Assembly (NCBI GenBank): GCA_053919585.1
Contig: CM132785.1
DNA from: Euprymna scolopes
Taxonomy: Eukaryota
Direction: 5' to 3' (one strand)
Length of the DNA stretch: 64,000 bases
The notes below the pieces were generated by a model. It searched no databases. It was not told the DNA's origin and saw only the letters and a list, made by a program, of their open reading frames with translations. Positions 60,589 to 63,500 of this stretch are shown here, piece by piece; the first letter of the stretch is position 1; each line of letters begins with the position of its first letter. The translations under genes were made by a program, and so were the position numbers.

Positions 60589-63500
60589 TCTTTCATCTTC
60601 CATCAAACGTTTCAAAGTACTTTTTAAACAATAGCTTTATTGAATATAGTGTGCAAACCTTAAAAAATGACCAATACAGTTTCTTATCAAATAAACGTTG
60701 TATTCAAAATTAATTTGATAAATCATTCACATGTACATTGATACAAACATTTTGAATTAAAAATTGTTTCTATGTTGAGAAATTCTATTATTAAAAAATT
60801 CTAAATAAAAATAAGAAAATTCATATTTTTCTTTCTAGTAAAGTAGTTAAACCTAAGTATTTTAACCTATCTTTATTTCTATTTATTTTGTTATAATTAA
60901 AATCTTTGATGTATGAGGAGAGAGATTATAAAAGTTAAAGGACACACCTTCTAATGGGACATATTCCATACCGCTAAGAGCACCCCTAGCACGTTTTATG
61001 TCCCGCTCAAATTCTGGCAAATCAGAAGATGTACATTCTTTGAGCGGTCTGTCAAGTTTGTTTTTGACTGTCTCAGTTGCAGTTACTACTTTTTCTGGAA
61101 GAGCTTCATGAGACGGTTTATCTAATTTTCAAAAATAAAAATAAATAGATAAATAACCATGATTAATAAAATCATCACATCACATTTTTTCTAATTCCAT
61201 TATTTTAAAGATAGATAATAAAATATGCCACAAAATAAATTAAAAAAAACACACCTCGATTTGAGGTATCGTCCATTTCATGTAATTTACGCCTAGCACG
61301 CTGTATAAGAGTATCAAGTTCAGGCATACCAGCAGACTCACTTTGAATTACAAGGGCCTCCAAATTATCTCTGTCTCCCATTCTGATCGCAGTTCTTAAT
61401 TGATCAATCAATGTGTCAGCTGATAATTTACCTAATGTACAAAAGTGAACAACACAAATAACATGAAAAGACCCTGGTTGATGAGAAATACGTCAAATAC
61501 ACAACATGCGTTAAGAGAAAATTGCAACCAATTTACAACAACTGACCTCCACGACCACCTCCCAAATTCTCTAGAACGTCCCTGGCTTTGCGAAGATCAG
61601 TCGATAGTTCTGGATATCTGGCAGATTCTGTTTCCAAAATTGCTTTATCAAGAGCTTTAACGTTCTTTTGTCTGATAGCCATTTTCAGTTGATCACGAAG
61701 TGTGTCTGGTAATTTCACATCTGCCCAGGAAAAAAAATTCATGCCATCAACAGAATTCAATCGCGATGCTAACTACCAACATTACATTACAAAGAGAGTC
61801 GTATTAGAAAATAATCAAATTCCACCGACCAACGAAAGAACGCAAATCTAACCTCCAGTGCCACCATGTAGAATATCTGCTACACTTCTGGCCTTCTGGA
61901 TATCAGCTGCCAGCTCTGGCATTCCAGCTGAAACACATTCACAGATCACTTTGTCCAACACGGTTCTGTCTTTCGCTTTCATCGCCTCATCTAATCTTCT
62001 CCGTAAACTGTCAATATCTTTTTTTCCTAAGAATTAAAAACAATTGTTATAAAAATTCATTTTTCTTTTATCAATTAATTGAAGAACGAAATTTCACAAG
62101 AAATAATCTAAACATAAGGTTAATATTAATAAACGTGATATCATAATTCTAACCTCCACGGCCGCCTCCCATTTTTTCTAGCGTATCTCTTGCTCTGCGA
62201 AGATCGGAACTGACTTCTGGCAGACATGCTCTTTCACCTTCCTCTATCAAACTTTTCAGGGCACTCATATCTTTAGAAGCAATCGCTTTCTTCAATCTAG
62301 TGCGCAGACCCTCCGGGCTGACCAATACAGTTTCTGATGAAATGAAAGATAGATTCAATTTTAAAAGATTATTTTCTATGTATGCAATGTCGCATGAAGA
62401 CAGATATGCACATATATATGATATGTATTTGTGTATCGCAGCATCACAGTTAAACAGTTGATCAGAGAGATAAACAAATTACGGATTTCAATCGACACAT
62501 TTGGTCTAATGATTTATAGATGTCAAAAGTTCTAGAATTTTTCTAAAACAGATTATTCAAAATTAAAAGTATGTAACAATAAACTTAGAAACAAATATTC
62601 CGACATTTTAGTATTGCTTTTTATAAAGAACTAAGTCTCATGTTGAATCATCCTACATATTTGATGCATAGTTCATTTTTAAGAAAAACCGTATAGAGAG
62701 TTCCAAAATTAACCACCTATTTTGATATTAATTTTTATTTCAAAATAGATGGTTAATTTTTGGACAAACTGTATATTAACTTAATTATAACTAATTAACC
62801 ATCAAAATAGATGGTTAATTTTTGGATAAACTGTATATTCGTTTTTTTTATTATAAAAATGAATAAGATCACTACTACATTTTTACTTTAATAAGAATTT
62901 TTATTTTATATTCATGTTAAATTATTTTTATTTATTTTAAACAATCAAATTTTTTAATATCTGTGTAGAGACATAAAACAATCCCTAACCAAACTCACTC
63001 GAATAGGTAAAAATGAAAAAATATTTTTTTATTTTGCTTCTTGGTAAAGCATTCGCCTTCAGTTGCCATATATTATGATATTTTGAGTTCAAATCTAACA
63101 TTAGCAACTTGCTTTTTTTTCTAAGTTTTATTTGCTATGGCATCATTTTCTTGAATAAATATTTAATTAATATCCTTAATTTTTTATCTTGGCCATAAAA
63201 TTCAGGAAAATTTAAGCAATTCCACATGAACGGAGTTTTCAGTAAATATTTTATGATTAGCTTTTAATAAATCATTTTACGTTATATATTTGTTAACTGA
63301 GCATACATATTCTACAAAAATGAGAGATACATAATAACTGTGCCCACCTCTTTTTGGGGTTTCTTTCATGTCATATAATCTTTTTCTGGCACGTTGAATG
63401 GTTGAATCAAGTTCAGGCATACCTGCAGACACACACTGAATCATAACTGCCTCAAGTGTGTCTCTGTCTCCCTCTCTAATTGCTGACCTTAACTGATCAC

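Noticed and set aside
2485-60713. ORFs rich in YIYI, THTH, CVCV or X
   Set aside because: Translations of (AT)n/(GT)n microsatellites or N gaps.
62690-62840. Short direct/inverted repeat CAAAATAGATGGTTAATTTTTGGA..AACTGTATA as a regulatory element
   Set aside because: Looks like duplicated Tc1/mariner-type MITE termini; not present at paralogous intron positions.
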